A DNA stretch of 62,987 bases, counting the filler, from Saprolegnia diclina VS20 (Eukaryota): assembly GCF_000281045.1 (NCBI RefSeq). It is 5 parts of 2 records of this genome, joined end to end, with 100 filler letters (N's around TTAATTAATTAA, not from the genome) between each part and the next. Parts side by side here need not be neighbours in the genome. Positions count along the whole stretch, not along the records: positions 16,607 to 40,289 come from NW_008246101.1; 4 more parts are not named here. One strand, 5' to 3'. The notes beneath the pieces are model-generated. The model did no database searches. It saw only the letters and a program-made list of their open reading frames with translations, and was not told where the DNA came from. A program made the position numbers and the translations under genes. Positions within the stretch are counted from its first letter, which is position 1, and the number at the start of each line of letters is the position of its first letter. Shown in pieces: positions 22,085-35,382 of this stretch.

Positions 22085-22801
22085 TTAGAGGTGGGTGGCG
22101 AAGGCCGTGAGAAGCAGCACCACGTAGCTCCACAGAAAAACACTTTTCGTCGAGGCGGCCGAGGGCTTGACGTTGGGGCAAAGGGTGTACATCGTCGTCG
22201 GATCCGAGATGTTCATACCACCGATGGTGCACGACGGGAGCGCCTTCATCACCGACAAGATGAACAGCGGACACGTTGAGGTACAGAATCCCGTCGGAAG
22301 GGACGTGGCGTTGGCCGTCTTGTCCGGCATGACCTTCTCGATCGTTGCATCAGCGTCCAGTTTGAGGAACGTCGAGCAGTTGGCCCACACTGGCGTGCTG
22401 CCAGCCATCATCATGGTCACCGTGTCAATGAGCGTGCACGGCGCCCCCGCGGCGGCGGGTGTGCAGCCATACGACATTAAGAATGCCGTCTTCAAGTTGA
22501 TCGAGTTCGCTGGCGTGTCGCCGGCCAACACGCAGTTGGGCACCTTCGTCTCCATCAACGACACAAACGACTTGCACGTGGCCGACGCACACAGCTTCTG
22601 GATGCTCTCGGCGCCGTCTAGCTTGGTCGTCTGCAACGTCGCACCCGCATTCGTGCAGTTGGCCCACACGGTCTCATCGTACACCGCACTATTGATCGTC
22701 ACGTCGTCCTGGGTGCACGTGCCGCCGTTCGTCGTCGGGGTGCTCGAGTGCACTTGGTGGACCGTGATGATGGCGACCGCGGTGGCGAGAAGGAGTTGCA
22801 T
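22085..22801 (-). CDS. Secreted, probably GPI-anchored elicitin-like protein with two tandem 6-Cys domains (238 aa)
   Basis: Signal peptide MQLLLATAVAII. Cys spacing is C-19-C-21-C-4-C-13-C-22-C and C-19-C-30-C-3-C-13-C-16-C. The C-terminus has SAA followed by a hydrophobic tail. Confidence 0.72.
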   Translation of the reverse strand: MQLLLATAVAIITVHQVHSSTPTTNGGTCTQDDVTINSAVYDETVWANCTNAGATLQTTKLDGAESIQKLCASATCKSFVSLMETKVPNCVLAGDTPANSINLKTAFLMSYGCTPAAAGAPCTLIDTVTMMMAGSTPVWANCSTFLKLDADATIEKVMPDKTANATSLPTGFCTSTCPLFILSVMKALPSCTIGGMNISDPTTMYTLCPNVKPSAASTKSVFLWSYVVLLLTAFATHL

Positions 22802-23419
22802 GTTGCTGCTGCGTGTCGAGTGGCAAAGTGAGCACCGTAGCACTGAAGCACTTCCCAAGTTAGGCCGACGCGCACCGATTGGCAGACAGGACGACTGGCA
22901 TCACGGCGCACGTACTAATAATACTTGGCGCAAGAATAGCCTTTCGGGTAGTTTTGATAGTGTATATTTTCGGTTTGTACAACGGCCATTTCGCAACACG
23001 AGGTAGTCGCTGACAGCAAGTGGAGGTAGTACGGGCGAAGGACTCGGGGAAACATGAAGCGACATGGCGTTGGCCACCACCAAGGGATTTTCGATTGGCC
23101 AGTGCAAAGGAGGAACACGCTTGATGGAAGAAGGAAACGGACTCGTTGGCCGTCAACTTTAGGAGAGGGACATAGCGCACATTTCTCGTTGGCTGATGTC
23201 ACTCCTCGACCGTCTTTACACCGCGCAACCTTGATCGACTGCGCCGTCCAGACGCAGGTCGCTGCTAGGAGTGCAGCTGTGTTGGCGCTCGTGGTCTAGT
23301 TGCAATGACGGCATATCGTGTGGTATGGCACATGGCGACGTGGCAGCACCGTGAAACGCATGCGGTTACCAAGGTGCCTGGACACATTGATACATCCAGC
23401 GTCGCCACTTGCGAACCGC

Positions 23420-23454
23420 TGCTACTGCTACTGCTACTACTACTACCACTACTA
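23420..23454 (+). repeat. Imperfect (CTA/CTG)n microsatellite
   Basis: gctactgctactgctactactactaccactacta. Confidence 0.7.
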
Positions 23455-23701
23455 GAACGACTTTGTGATCGCTCTTGTGTCCAGCCGCAATTTAGCTTTT
23501 GCTCAGCTTTGCCCCAAACTCGATATCTGGTCAGTCACTCGCCCGCAGTGCCAAGATGGCGCCACACCGTATACCGTATACTACATTTCATTAAAGACAA
23601 TCAAATACCATCCCGATTGTATGTCGCTAAAAGGAACCGCTAAACGGAAGATAGCCGCTGGCCGGTGCCACTAGGCGAGTTTTCGAATCGATCGCCGCAG
23701 C

Positions 23702-25062
23702 ATGTCGGGGCTCTCGCAGGACGACTTCCGGCGCATCATGGACACGCCGCTGCCGGTGCATGGGAACGCGCCCCGCGTCCTCTCGGGGCTGCCACGGCAG
23801 GTCAAGCGCAGCCTGACGGACGACGAGCGCAAAGCCAAGTACAAGAAGCTCAAGGCCGAGCCGGCGGCCGACAAGCCCAAGCAGCCCAAGCTCGACCCGA
23901 CGTACCAGGGCAAGTACCGCGACCGCGCCGCCGAGCGTCGATCTGGCGGTGATGCAGAGACCTTTGGTACGACGGCGATGCTCTTGCGCCATCGCCTCAT
24001 GCACATGTAGACGTGACGCCGGCGCCGGCCAACCTCGTGGACCCCGAAATCGCCAAGCTCGTGGCCAAGCCGGCGCTTCCAGCCAACTTGGACCTCTCGC
24101 TTCTCTCAAAGCTCAAGCAGGAGAAGGCCAAGCTCCAGCAGCAGGTGCAGGCGCTGACCAAACCGACGACATCAGCATTGCCTCCGCCCGTCCCGACCAA
24201 GGCCGCGTCCCGCATGGCGCAGTCCATCAAGTATCTCCTCCAGCCATCGTCGACAGCGTCGCGCGCGTCCGAGCTCTTCCTTCCCGGCCGCCTCTCGTAT
24301 GCATTCAATCTGCTTGCACCAGATGTGGACGCGCTGCCCCAGCTCGTGCAGCGGAGCAAGGACGACTGCCCGCGCCGGTCCAAGCACGCCCCACTCACCG
24401 GCTACCTCCCTTCCGCACTCATACTCGAGGTTGAAGACTGTCTCTTGGCCGCCGAGGGCAAGCGCCATCGGCCCAAGCAGGTCGTGCCAACGTCGCCACC
24501 GCCGACCGTCCACACCCTAGCCCCAGTCGTCGAGGACGACGACGAAGACATTTTTGGCGACGTCGGCGAGTACATTCCGCCGGGCATGCGTCCCGAAGAT
24601 GGAGTTGGAACTCATGCTGTGGCCAAGGGCGAGATCTTCAAGGATCTCAGCGCCACGCTGACGGCCAAGGCTGCAATGGAAGCCGCCAAGGAAAAAGCGG
24701 CGGCGGCAGCGCTCGCCGAGTCGATTGCACGGGCCAAGAAGGCGCATCAGCGCGCAGCCGAGCGCGACGAGCTCGTCGAGAAGCACGCGCGATTGCAGAA
24801 GAAGCTCGACGGCGAGGACGACTACGGCGAGTGCTTCCCCGACTACGAAGAAGTCGAAGAAGACGACGACGAGAGCGACAAGAAGAAGAAGAAGGACCAA
24901 AAGGGCAATGAACCCGACGTCGAGACCAAGTGGAAGGCCAAGGTGCAGCAAAAGGAGGCCAAGTTTGAGCGCGAGCTCGCCAAGGTGGAAGAGATTATGA
25001 AGAAAGGGCCCAAGACCCCCAAGCCGCCGCGAGCTTCGGGCAACGACGAAGATAACGACTAG
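23702..25062 (+). CDS. IK: RED-like (IK/Smu2) spliceosomal protein, 1 intron (~23967-24010)
   Basis: LSQDDFRRIMDTP, KYRDRAAERR, LDLSLLSKLK, ELFLPGRLSYAFNL, RSKDDCP, DIFGDVGEY and YGECFP all match RED N- and C-terminal motifs. Confidence 0.82.
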
Positions 25063-25112
25063 ATGTTGTACTAAAAGAGTACACAATACAAACAGCTTGA
25101 GGAGGCAAGCGT

Positions 25113-28100
25113 CTACTTGCGGCTGTTGCGACGCTTGAGAATGTCGAGCGCTTCGTAAAAGCCCGAGACGTCCTTGTCGACCTCCCTAGGATAGTTAGTA
25201 CATGGTGCGAAGAGTTAATCGTTGATGTAGCCGCAAATGTACTGGATGCCGGTGGTCGGAACGGCGTCCTTGGGCTGGTTGCTGCTAGGCGTGCGCGGCG
25301 ACGGTGGCCACGCCGCCTTGGGTGCGGGCTTCTACACGGAGACCCAACTACAGTATGTGAACAGATCACGGAGCGTACAGCAGGTGACTGGTCGACCGCC
25401 GGCTTCTACTTGGCCAGCATGAGCACCAAGCGATATGGATCATCGTAACCGTACGAGTCCCGTCGTCGACGCCTTGTGCACGAGATTCTCTGTGAGCAGG
25501 TGCCCTTTGCCCTGGCTCTGGTACCACAGATCAAAGTCCTTCTGGAGCTTGATGCGACTCATTTCCAGCAGCTTTTGAATGTGCTGGATCTCCTTCTTGA
25601 GGTCGTTGAGGGTGTTGAAGCCCGTCTTGTACTCGGCCTTTTTCGCGTCAATCTTGGCGACCAGCGCTGTCTCTTCGTCGGACGCGGTCGGTGGTTCGTC
25701 GCCACTCGTGAGCGACTCGAGCGCCTTGGTCTTGCGGAGCTTCTCGACGGTCGCCATGTGCTCCTTGATGACGCCCCGCGCGTCATTGACAGTTTGGGCG
25801 AGTGCTTTGGCCTCGTCGTATTTTTTCTTGAGCAATTGCTTGTTTTCGCGAATCACCTACGATTCCAACAGACAATATGGTGAAACCAAAGTGCAAAATA
25901 GGATACGGACGTCGTTTTTCGGGTATTGCTCACGGAACACCTCGAATGCTTTCGCAGGATCGTCGAGCGACGCGGCGTCGATCTTGACGTGGAAGCCATT
26001 GGGGGGCGGCGGGGGCGCTTGGGGGGCCACAGGCGGCTTGGACGCGATGGTCTTGAGAGCGTCGGCCACCTGCGCGCCATTACCGCCCTAGTTGTCGGTT
26101 ATAATTCCGGCTTTGGGATAAAGGTTATAGAGCACGTACCTTTTTGAGCATCCCAACCAGAATGGCAATCTCGTTATCCCGCTGCTGTAGCGTTTCTTCG
26201 AGCTCGACGATGCGCGCATGGGACGGTCCGTCGCCCCGTTCTTCGTGCAGGTGGTCGTTGTTGCTACTGCTGCTGTGGTTGCTGGCATGCTGGCTAGCCA
26301 CGCGCGGTGCGCCGTCGCCCGCGCCGTCCAGGTAGAAGCGCTTTAAGAAGGCAAAGCACGCCTTCATCTTGATGTACGTAATGTCGCCCATCGCCAAGTG
26401 CGCATCGGAATCCCGATTGTTGGCGTAGTCCAAACACTACACGCCAACATTGAGCCTATTGTGTCCCGATACATTGATACAAAGGACCTTTTGTCGCAGT
26501 TTGTCCATCTCGTAGTCCTTGAGCTCGTCGCCTTCTTTCTAATCATGGCCAAGGAGTGACAGTCGTACAGGTTTGCAGTAGGAAAGAAGCGTACGGGTTC
26601 GCCCTTGAGGAGTACAATCTCCTCTTGGAGCTCGACAATCTGTGCTTTAAGGCGGCGAATCACGATCGTCGGGTCCACTTCTTCGTTCAAGTGCGCGTCG
26701 TTACGAACGCGCGCGACGCGCTGGGCGAACCGGCAGGTGGAGAGCGATTCCTACACAAACTCTCAATATTTCATTGTGGATAGTCGTCATCTTTGGTGTA
26801 CGTCGGTCTGCTCCTTCTCAGCACTCGCCGTCGCAACCATGACGGTCTTGCAGTTGCCGCCCAAGCTACACCCTTGATATACAAACACACAATAAGAAAT
26901 GAGTGGGTCGACCTGTCGCGCAGCACCGACGTCATCATCGAGTTGCGGTATGGAATGTGCGTCCGGCCCTTTGTGTTCTTCTCGTGCAGCGCGACAATGA
27001 CCATCTCGAGGTAGTGGAGCGACGTGTTGATGTACGCGGCTTCGCGCAGCACCTTGCCTTTGGCGCCCGTCTTGTGCGCGCGCTCGGAGCCGGCGAGATC
27101 GACCATGTGCAGCTTGGAGCGCAGAATGACCTCGCTGCCCGCCTTGCGCGACTCGAGCGAGACGGTAAAGATGCAGTGCGACCGCGACGACTCCAAGTTC
27201 ATGGACGTCTCGCTCACGGCGCGGTTCGTGTCGCCCTAGCCATAGTTATATATATATATTTGTAGACAATGCTGTGCATTGTACGAGGAAGAGCAAGTTG
27301 AGCGCGTCTTCTTCGGTCGCGACGCGGTGCATCGAGAGGTTGCGAAGGTGGCAGTTGCCGTCTTCGTCTTCGAGCATGCTCACCTTTCTATGCACAAAAG
27401 TGTGATGCATCCAGATGACAAATTGTCGATATCGTACGGCAAATCTTCAATGGCCTTTGTGTTTTGGTGGTCTTCGTTGAGTAAATCGTAGCCTTGGTTG
27501 TTGTAAATTTCGAGGTACGAGATGAAAGCCGAAATTTGGCATTCCGGGTGCTGTCCGTTTGTTATATTGTGCACAATGTGTGCATTGTACCTTTTTCATT
27601 TTCTCAAAAATGAGCGAGAGGCTGCGCGGAATGATACCGCGGTCGTCGTAGCGCTCGGCGCCGCCCGTGATCGTAAACGTCTTGCCCGACCCGGTCTGGC
27701 CGTACGCAAAGATCGTCGAGTTGAAGCCCGAGAGCGCACTGATGACAATATTGTCTTCGGAACAGCAGACTATACAGCACGTACTTTTCGACGCATGGCC
27801 GGCCGATGCGGTCAAACACCTCTTCTTGCTTGGCCGTCATGCCAATGAGCCCATCAAACTTGAACTTGTAGCTACACGATCGGCGTCAACCTCAGCCTCA
27901 ATACACAATGGCATTTGACTTGGTGCGCGAGTTGTTGATGAGGCCGGACGCGACGTCCTTGGGAATGTTGTACTCCATCCCGTTCGACTCTTCTTCCCAC
28001 GTGAAGAAGCCCGAAGCCTACGCCACGACGTCACGCACGACGCATTCGCAGCATGTACCTTCTTGGAGGGCTTGATGCGAAGGAAGATCTTGATGTTGTT

Positions 28101-28172
28101 GTCGGTCGGCGATTCACCGACGGTGTCCTGCGGCTCGCCATCGTGCACGCTGCTCGCGTCGTCGTCGGCCAT
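25113..28172 (-). CDS. KIF6: Kinesin-9 family motor (KIF6-like), many short introns
   Basis: IKIFLRIKP, GFNSTIFAYGQTGSGKTFTITGG, SYLEIYN, MNLESSRSHCIF, VDLAGSER, YINTSLHYLE, HIPYRNSMMTSVLRD. C-terminal DVSGFYEA motif with stop at 25113. Confidence 0.9.
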
Positions 28173-28443
28173 CTTAGTGCTGAGTCTTATGAGTCTTCTT
28201 GCCAAGTTTTGGGCTGGATCGCCGACGACCTTTCGTGCTCCGTGAAACCGCGCTCGAGTTGGATCGAATAAAGTATACTGCAAGATACTAGGGACGCTGC
28301 AGCTCGAGCTACGCCGCCGAGCTATCGCGATGCCCGACCGTTGTCGCTGCTGTGCTGTTGATTCTGGTGGGCTTGTCGACAGATTGTTGTTACAACAAGT
28401 GGTTTATTCTGCTTCGGTAGTCTAGTATCTAGGGCGACGATGT

Positions 28444-29566
28444 TTACATCTTGCCGTGCTTGGCGAGGTTGGTGATCTCGTAGACCGAGTGGCCCGTCTT
28501 CATGGCCACCTCCTCGGCCGTCTCGTGCTTGGCGAGCGCGTCGAACGTCGCCTTGATGACCGTGTACGGGTTGCGTTGGCCGTAGCACTTGGAGACCACG
28601 TCCGTGATGCCAAAGCAGTAGAGCGCGCAGCCGACCGTGTCGCTCACCGTCGACCCCATACCAAACTTGGACGGGCGGATGAAGAGCGAGCAGCTGTTGA
28701 ACTTGCCGCGGACTTCGTGGAAAAGCGTGCGGTCGTCGAAGCGGTCGATGAAGACCATCGTGTCCATCGCGCGGAGCGTCGCGCGCTCAATGGCCTCGTG
28801 GATCTTGCCACCGCGGCCGACAGCGTACCCAGCCGCGCCTTCCTGGTTGCCGACGCAGACGAGCGCACGGAACGTCAAAATGTTGCCTTGCGTAACCGGC
28901 TACCGCGATACGCATAAGATCGTAGCATCGACGAGGCTATGACGTACCTTTTGGACCGTGTCGACGTAAATAATCTGGCGCACCAAGCCCTTGGACTCGA
29001 GGTCGAGCACCTCGTCTTCGTCAAAGTTGAGCTCTTCCGTGTCGTTGGCGAGCATGTCGAGCTCGTCCTTCTCGTAGAGGAGACCCATATCGGGGCGGAG
29101 CGCTATAGATGCGCATGATGAGAGCAAAGTAGGTAGGATGGTTGCGCGTACAATCGTCGTAGACAAACTGCGGGTCGTCAAACGACATGGAGCGCGCGCC
29201 AAACTCGTCCAAGAGGCGGCGACGGGCGAGCGCCATGTTCTTGGGCGCGATCGCCTGGTATCTGTGTTTGCGCGCGGCCGCCGGCGCGAGCTGGCGGAAC
29301 GGCTTGGTCGTCTCCTTCCAGCGGCCATAGAGCGGCGGCGGTTCGAGCGGCTCGTCCTCGTCAAAGTCCTCGAGGCCATCCGACTTCTTCTTGGGCGCTT
29401 CGATCTCCTCGAGGTTCAAGCCAAGGTCGTCGTCGGCCTTCTTCTTGCGGCGGCCCTCATCGTCGTCGTCGTCGTCGCCGACGGCGCGGGAGAAGGCGCG
29501 GAGAGGGACCGTCGACGCGGCCTCGAAGCGGCGGCTCAGGCCACGGGACACGAAACGAGCCAACAT
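28444..29566 (-). CDS. MRPS5: Mitochondrial ribosomal protein uS5m, 2 introns
   Basis: Transit-like MLARFVSRGLSRRF (an alternative ATG lies at 29587). S5 motifs TFRALVCVGNQEGAAGYAVG and GITDVVSKCYGQRNPYTVIKATFDAL. Confidence 0.88.
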
Positions 29567-30055
29567 GAGCGAATTGCGGATTGCCATCGAAATGACTGGT
29601 TTTGAATTTTCAGACGGCTTTTTAGCCACTCAGAAGCGCGTATTTTCCTACGCCTGCTCTCATTGGCGCATATGCTGCAATTGGCGCGGATTTATCGCAT
29701 TTTAGCCAATCCATCATGGTTATTTTTATTGCTTGATGCTCGATTGGCCCGCAACCGGATCAATGGAGCAGTTAATTGCCGAAGGAAGGACGCAGAAGCA
29801 GCGACTCAATGGCGATGTGAGCTGCGCTGACAAGGTCACTGCATCGCGTAGGCGAATGCTGGATGAAGTGGTATCGTCTCGTACGGTAGCACAGCTCGTA
29901 GGTGTGACGTGACGGCGTGGCGAGCTTAATATGGTCGGCAATCAACTGGTTATTACTCAATAGCCAATCCGATCGCGGCAAGATGGCAGACGACAAGGCC
30001 ATTGGTGCGTTCGCGACGCTGGCCACCAGCAAACCGTCATATTCGTTGCTGCAAC

Positions 30056-31348
30056 ATGAGCGCGTCCAAGGTCGTCGACAAGTCGCTCTTCCTCGAGACG
30101 CTCAAGGTGCTTGGCGTCCGTGCCGAAGGCAAGCAGATCGGTCAGATCGTGAAGCTCTTCTCCAAGCATTTGCTCAACCGGCCCAAGCTGCGCAACGTCG
30201 TGCCGATCCCGGCCGAAGCGCACAAGCTCGTCTTGCTGGCCGAGAGCATCAAGGGCCTCGAGAGCTCGCCTCTCGACCTCCAAGAGTTCATCAAGAAGGA
30301 AAATCTCTCGGTGCACACGCACGAGATCACGCTCGACTACTCGTTCTGGGGCGTCGATCATGTGCTGCGCAAGTTGCTCCCCGAGTCCATCACGGAGGTG
30401 CCGGCGTCGTTCGAGACGATCGGCCACATTGCGCACATCAACCTGCGCGAGTTCCACCTCCCGTACAAGCACATCATTGGCCAAGTCATTCTCGACAAGA
30501 ACAGCCCGCGGATCAAGACGGTCGTCAACAAGACGGACACGATCGACACGGTCTTCCGCACCTTTCCCATGGAAGTCCTCGCCGGCGACGACAACATGGT
30601 CGTCGAGCTCCATGAAAGCGGCTGCAACTTTACTTTCAACTTTGCCCAGGTAGAGCATCGTATCACACTCCATTCGACCAACCTAAATGCGATGGCGTAG
30701 GTGTACTGGAACTCCCGCCTCCAACAAGAACACTTGCGCATGATCCGCCAGTTCGACCCAAAGAAGGACGTCATTTGCGACATGATGTGTGGCATTGGGC
30801 CGTTCGCGGTGCCGCTTGCGAAGAAGGGCTGCACCGTCTACGCCAACGACCTCAACCCGAAGAGCTTCGAGTACCTCGAGATCAACCGGAAGAAGAACAA
30901 AGTCGAGGCCACGTTGCACCCACACAACATGGACGGCCGCGCATTCCTCCACGAGCTCCTCGAAAAGCGCATTCAGTTTACGCAGGTGCTCATGAACCTC
31001 CCGGCGATCGCGCTCGAGTTCCTCGACGCGTTCCCAGGCCGCTTTGATCACTGGGAGGGCGACTTGCCGTACATCCACACGTACTGCTTCTCGTCTGAAG
31101 TCGACGCGCCGGAGAAGGATGTCAAAGAGGTTTGGTCGTTCTCGGCTGGTTGGGAGATGTAATGGCGGTTGCTGTAGCGCGCCGAGACGATCCTTGGCGC
31201 CAAGCTCGATATGGCGACGACCACCATCTACCAAGTGCGCGACGTGGCCCCCAAGAAGCTCATGATGTGCATCTCGTTCCAGCTGCCGGCGGCCGCCGCC
31301 TACTCGGAGGAGAAGCGCCAGAGCATGAAGCGGCAGAAAACCGCGTAG
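30056..31348 (+). CDS. TRM5: tRNA (guanine(37)-N1)-methyltransferase Trm5, 2 introns
   Basis: FETIGHIAHINLR, KTVVNK, FRTFPMEVLAG, VYWNSRL, DMMCGIGPFAVP, ANDLNP, MNLP, VRDVAPKK. Confidence 0.95.
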
Positions 31349-31398
31349 ACGCCAATGCGATACGACAATACGAGTCTCCTTACGACTGTTAAAGCGTG

Positions 31399-31991
31399 CT
31401 AGAAGGACGCTCGTCCAAAGGCCTTGGCGAGGATGTAGCAGTCGGGTGGCACAATGTGCTTGTAATAATTATGGATCGTCTGCGTGATCTGAAAGCCATG
31501 GCCGAGGTAGAAGCGAATCGCACCGGCATTGCTCGTCTGGACGTGGAGGTAGATGTGGTCCATGCCGGCTTCCTTGCAGTACGCCAAGACGCTTTGCAGG
31601 AGTGCGGCGCCTACAAGACGTGAGCTATCGACGCGCGATGGCAACATCAGCGGCGCACCGACGTGCTGCCGGCGGTATGCAGCGAGGACGCCGAGCGTCA
31701 TGATGTAGACGCGCTCTCGCTTCTGCAGCGTTGTCTCGACGCGGCAGCAGATGGCGCCGACAGCGAGGCCATCCACGAACGCTACGTACACGGCTAAGTC
31801 GTCGCAAGTCGCAAGGTCGCTGCTGCAAGCCTACCGTACTTGGAGAGCCCGGGCGGCGTCTCGACAATGTCCGTGTAAAAGCTGTCGGTGTAATGCACGG
31901 GGAAGATCTCGCGGTTGAGCACGCGGAGCACGCCGACGTTGGTGGTCGTGATCGGGCCAAAGACGACGCCGGCGTCTGCCATCGCTGCCAT
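31399..31991 (-). CDS. NAA50: N-alpha-acetyltransferase 50 (NatE), GNAT family, 2 introns
   Basis: LRVLNREIFPVHY, VGAICCR, YIMTLGVLAAYRR, IYLHVQTSN..AI.FY, NYYK.I.PPDCY. Confidence 0.92.
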
Positions 31992-32134
31992 TGCTGCCAC
32001 GATCCACTTGTCCACTGCGCAATCCGGATAAATACCGATCGTATCCGGACGGTGCGACACGTCCGGATACGGAAAGGCTCCGCAGCTGCGAGATCTTCTT
32101 CTCGTTCGTCGACCTTCGACCCTGGACCTACGAG

Positions 32135-34109
32135 ATGGGCAAGCTCACGATGCTGCTGGCGCTGCCCATGGTCCTTGCGCGCGAGTCGCCATGGTCGGCC
32201 GTTGACGGCCCGCTTGGCGCCGTGCGCCTGGAGGCCACGCCGCCGATTGTAACGACGGGCGGCGACGTCGTCATCTCATGGGCCCATGCCGTAGCCGACC
32301 CGCGCGACTATGTGACGCTGACGTGCGGGCCAACGACGGGCGCGAACGACTACATTGCGCTGCGCAACGTCTCGGCGCGCTCTGTGCGCTTTGAAGACTT
32401 GTACATGCTCCGATGCAACTACGAAGCGCACTACTATCAGGCCCGCGCCGATGGCGGGTTTGCCCGCGCCGGCAACATTACGATTCCGCTCTGCGACTCG
32501 ATTCACGCGCCCAAGCAAGGCCACTTGGGCTTCAACGACGCCATTGACGAGATGGTCCTTGTGTACAACTCGGCGTCGGATGCGAGCACGCCCATGGTCA
32601 AGTACGGGCCATCGCGGACGCTTGTCGGCGCGACGCTTCACAACGGCACTTCGACGACGTACGACGCCTCCGACATGTACGTCCCTTTGTGCGAAGTACA
32701 CGGAGTAGAAGACGGCGGTAGGTGCCACGCTCCGGCCACCACGGTCGGTCAGACGCTGTTTCGATCGCCGGGTTACTTTCATACGGTCGTCATGGACGGC
32801 CTCGCGCCGGGCACCGAGTACTTTTACCAGTTTGGCAACGACGTCGACGGCTGGAGCAGCGTTGCGTCGTTCATCTCGCGCGTGCCACCGGGCGCCGACG
32901 CGGACGTCTCGTTCCTTGGGTACGGGGACATGGGCGTCGACGACGCACCTCGCGGCTGGTCCACGGCGCTCCGCGTCTTTGAAGACGTTGTCGCTCGCGA
33001 CTACAATGGTTTTTTGCTGCATTTCGGTGACATTAGGTAGATCTGAGTCGCATCTTATTGGCTCCACCCTTGCCATGGCGATAGCTACGCACGCGGCAAC
33101 GGGCTGCAGTGGGACAAGTTCTTCGCCCTCGTCGAGCCCGTCGCCACGCGCATGTACGTACGACTACCGTGAGACACATTGCCAACTCGATCTTCTAGTC
33201 CATACATGGCGAGCATTGGCAACCGTAGGAATCTGGTTGCACATTGTGGAATAGGGTTATGGAGATGTGTAGATGAATTCGACTATATTGGCGGTGGCGA
33301 GAAGGACCCGTCGCACCTCGAGAACTTCCACCCGAGCTGGGGCAACTACGGCGCCGACTCATCGGGCGAATGCGGCGTGCCCATGGTGCATCGGTTTCAC
33401 GGTAGATTCTCAAGTCCTGTGGACGAACGCTGCTATATCTCGTCGCACTTAGCACCAACGAATGGCCATGGCCTCTTTTGGTACAGCTTTGCATATGGCC
33501 CGATCACTGTGGTCCAAATGTCATCCGAGCACAACTTTCTGCCGGGCTCGGTCCAACACCAGTGGCTGAACGCGACGCTGGCCGCCATCGATCGACGTAC
33601 GACGCCATGGGTCGTCTTGACCGCCCATCGCATGATGGTAGATCGACTCCATCTGTACCTGTCGCTCTACATCCGCGTCCTGTCCCTGTCTAGTACACGA
33701 CGCAAATCGGCGAAGCGAAGGACCTCCGCGTCTCCAAGCACTTTCGCGCGGCCATCGAGCCGCTCTTGCGACAGTACAAGGTCAACCTCGTGCTGGTACG
33801 TGGGCGCTGACTAGTATCCATCACGACGGCGGGGCATAGGCGGGGCACCAGCACTCGTACGAGCGGTCGTGCCCCGTGTTCAATGGCACGTGCGTCGCGT
33901 CTGGCACGGTGCACATGGTCGTCGGGTCAGCCGGCGCCGAGCTCGAAGCGCAAGGGTTCTCACCAACAATTGGTCCGTGGAGTGTCGCGCACATCAACGC
34001 GTACGGCTACCTCCGCGGCCGCGCGTCCAAGGACCGCTTGCACCTCGAGTTTGTGCTGAACGCCAACGGCAACGTGTACGACCAAGTGGACCTCGCGCGC
34101 TGGGTGTAG
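32135..34109 (+). CDS. Secreted purple acid phosphatase (PAP, nucleotide pyrophosphatase/phosphodiesterase-type), ~7 introns
   Basis: Signal peptide and Fn3-like N-terminal domain. Metallophosphoesterase motifs GDMG, HFGDISYA, GNHE, AHR.MY and GHQHSYERSC appear after splicing. Confidence 0.9.
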
Positions 34110-34146
34110 CGTCGTCGTTAGGATGCCATATTCCATCCTATGGTCA

Positions 34147-34978
34147 CTACGTTCTGGCTTGCTTGGCGACGAACCGGTCGCTGTTCTTGACGGCACCAAT
34201 GAGCCAGTGGACTGCGTCTTCGACACCGTCCCTAGTCAGTCATCGTGCTGAGCTAGCACAGTAGGAAGCGCACGAAGATACATGGAGAGCGCGCTGATGG
34301 ATTGGGCGCGCGCCTCGTGGTGAGATGGAAGCGAGGCGACGCCGAGACACTCCGCGATGACGCCCATATCCTGGGCGTCGGCAAGATCGTTCTTATTGGC
34401 GAGCAAGAGAATCGGGATGCCGTCGAGCTCGGCGTTGGCGAGCATCGTGTCTACGCTCAGTTGATGTCAACGCTAAGAAATCAGAGTATGTACCGAGTGC
34501 GGACCGGGCTTCGTCAAAGCGAGCTTCGTCGGCTGCGTCCAAGACGAAGACAATACCGTGGCTCTCGCTGTAGTACTTGCTCCAAATGGCCCGTAATCGT
34601 TCCTGCAGGGCGCTGTAAACGGCTGCTGGCGAAGTGCGTAAAGGACAGGTACCTGGCCGCCCAAGTCCCAAAAAATGACATTGGTGCGGGAAATGTCGAC
34701 CTTGGCGACTAGAGCACGCAGGCGTATTGAGGCCACGCACGCGCGGTGGCACACGTACTGTTGAGGCCCACCGTGGGCGGGATCTTGTCGAGCGGGATGC
34801 CCGGCTTCTTCCCAAAGCGGCCTTTGAGCTGCTCTAGGAGTGTCTGCGAGCATGGTTAGAGGCGTAGCGAGGCGCGAGGGCGCACCGTCTTGCCTGCGTA
34901 GTCGAGACCGATGATGAGGATGTGGACCTCGGCCTTGGAGAAGAGGTAGTTCCAGAAGCCGAGCAGGAGCGAAAACAT
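34147..34978 (-). CDS. ARFRP1: ADP-ribosylation factor-related protein 1 (ARFRP1/yeast Arl3), multi-exon
   Basis: MFSLLLGFWNYLF N-terminus without Gly2; GLDYAGKT, IPPTVGLN, FWDLGGQ, LANKND. Confidence 0.92.
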
Positions 34979-35382
34979 GGGCGCGGCCGCGGGCTCTGAG
35001 AGGGGCAAAGGCAAACTCCCGTGATCTCGTCCAATCGGGTGTCGACAGAAATCGGATTCGTCGATTTATAGCCAATGAAAACACGTTATTTCGTACGTCC
35101 CAACTTCGAGCAGATAATGACAAGCCATTTCTGCGCGCCAGTCCTCAATACACGAGGTACAGTGCGTCTTCCCTTGGCACAGCACACTCCTGTACAAGGT
35201 GATGGCAGTGTGGAAGGCCAAGTGTGGTTATTTGGGGAATAAGATATAAACGCACTAAGATTGGTCGAAAATAATTTCTTTATGACCAATGGGATGGTGC
35301 ACAAAGCTGGGAGACGGGCTGTGAGTGGCTGAAATTCCGGGCACAGCGGTTTCAACGTGGCACGAGCATGAAGCACCCGACC

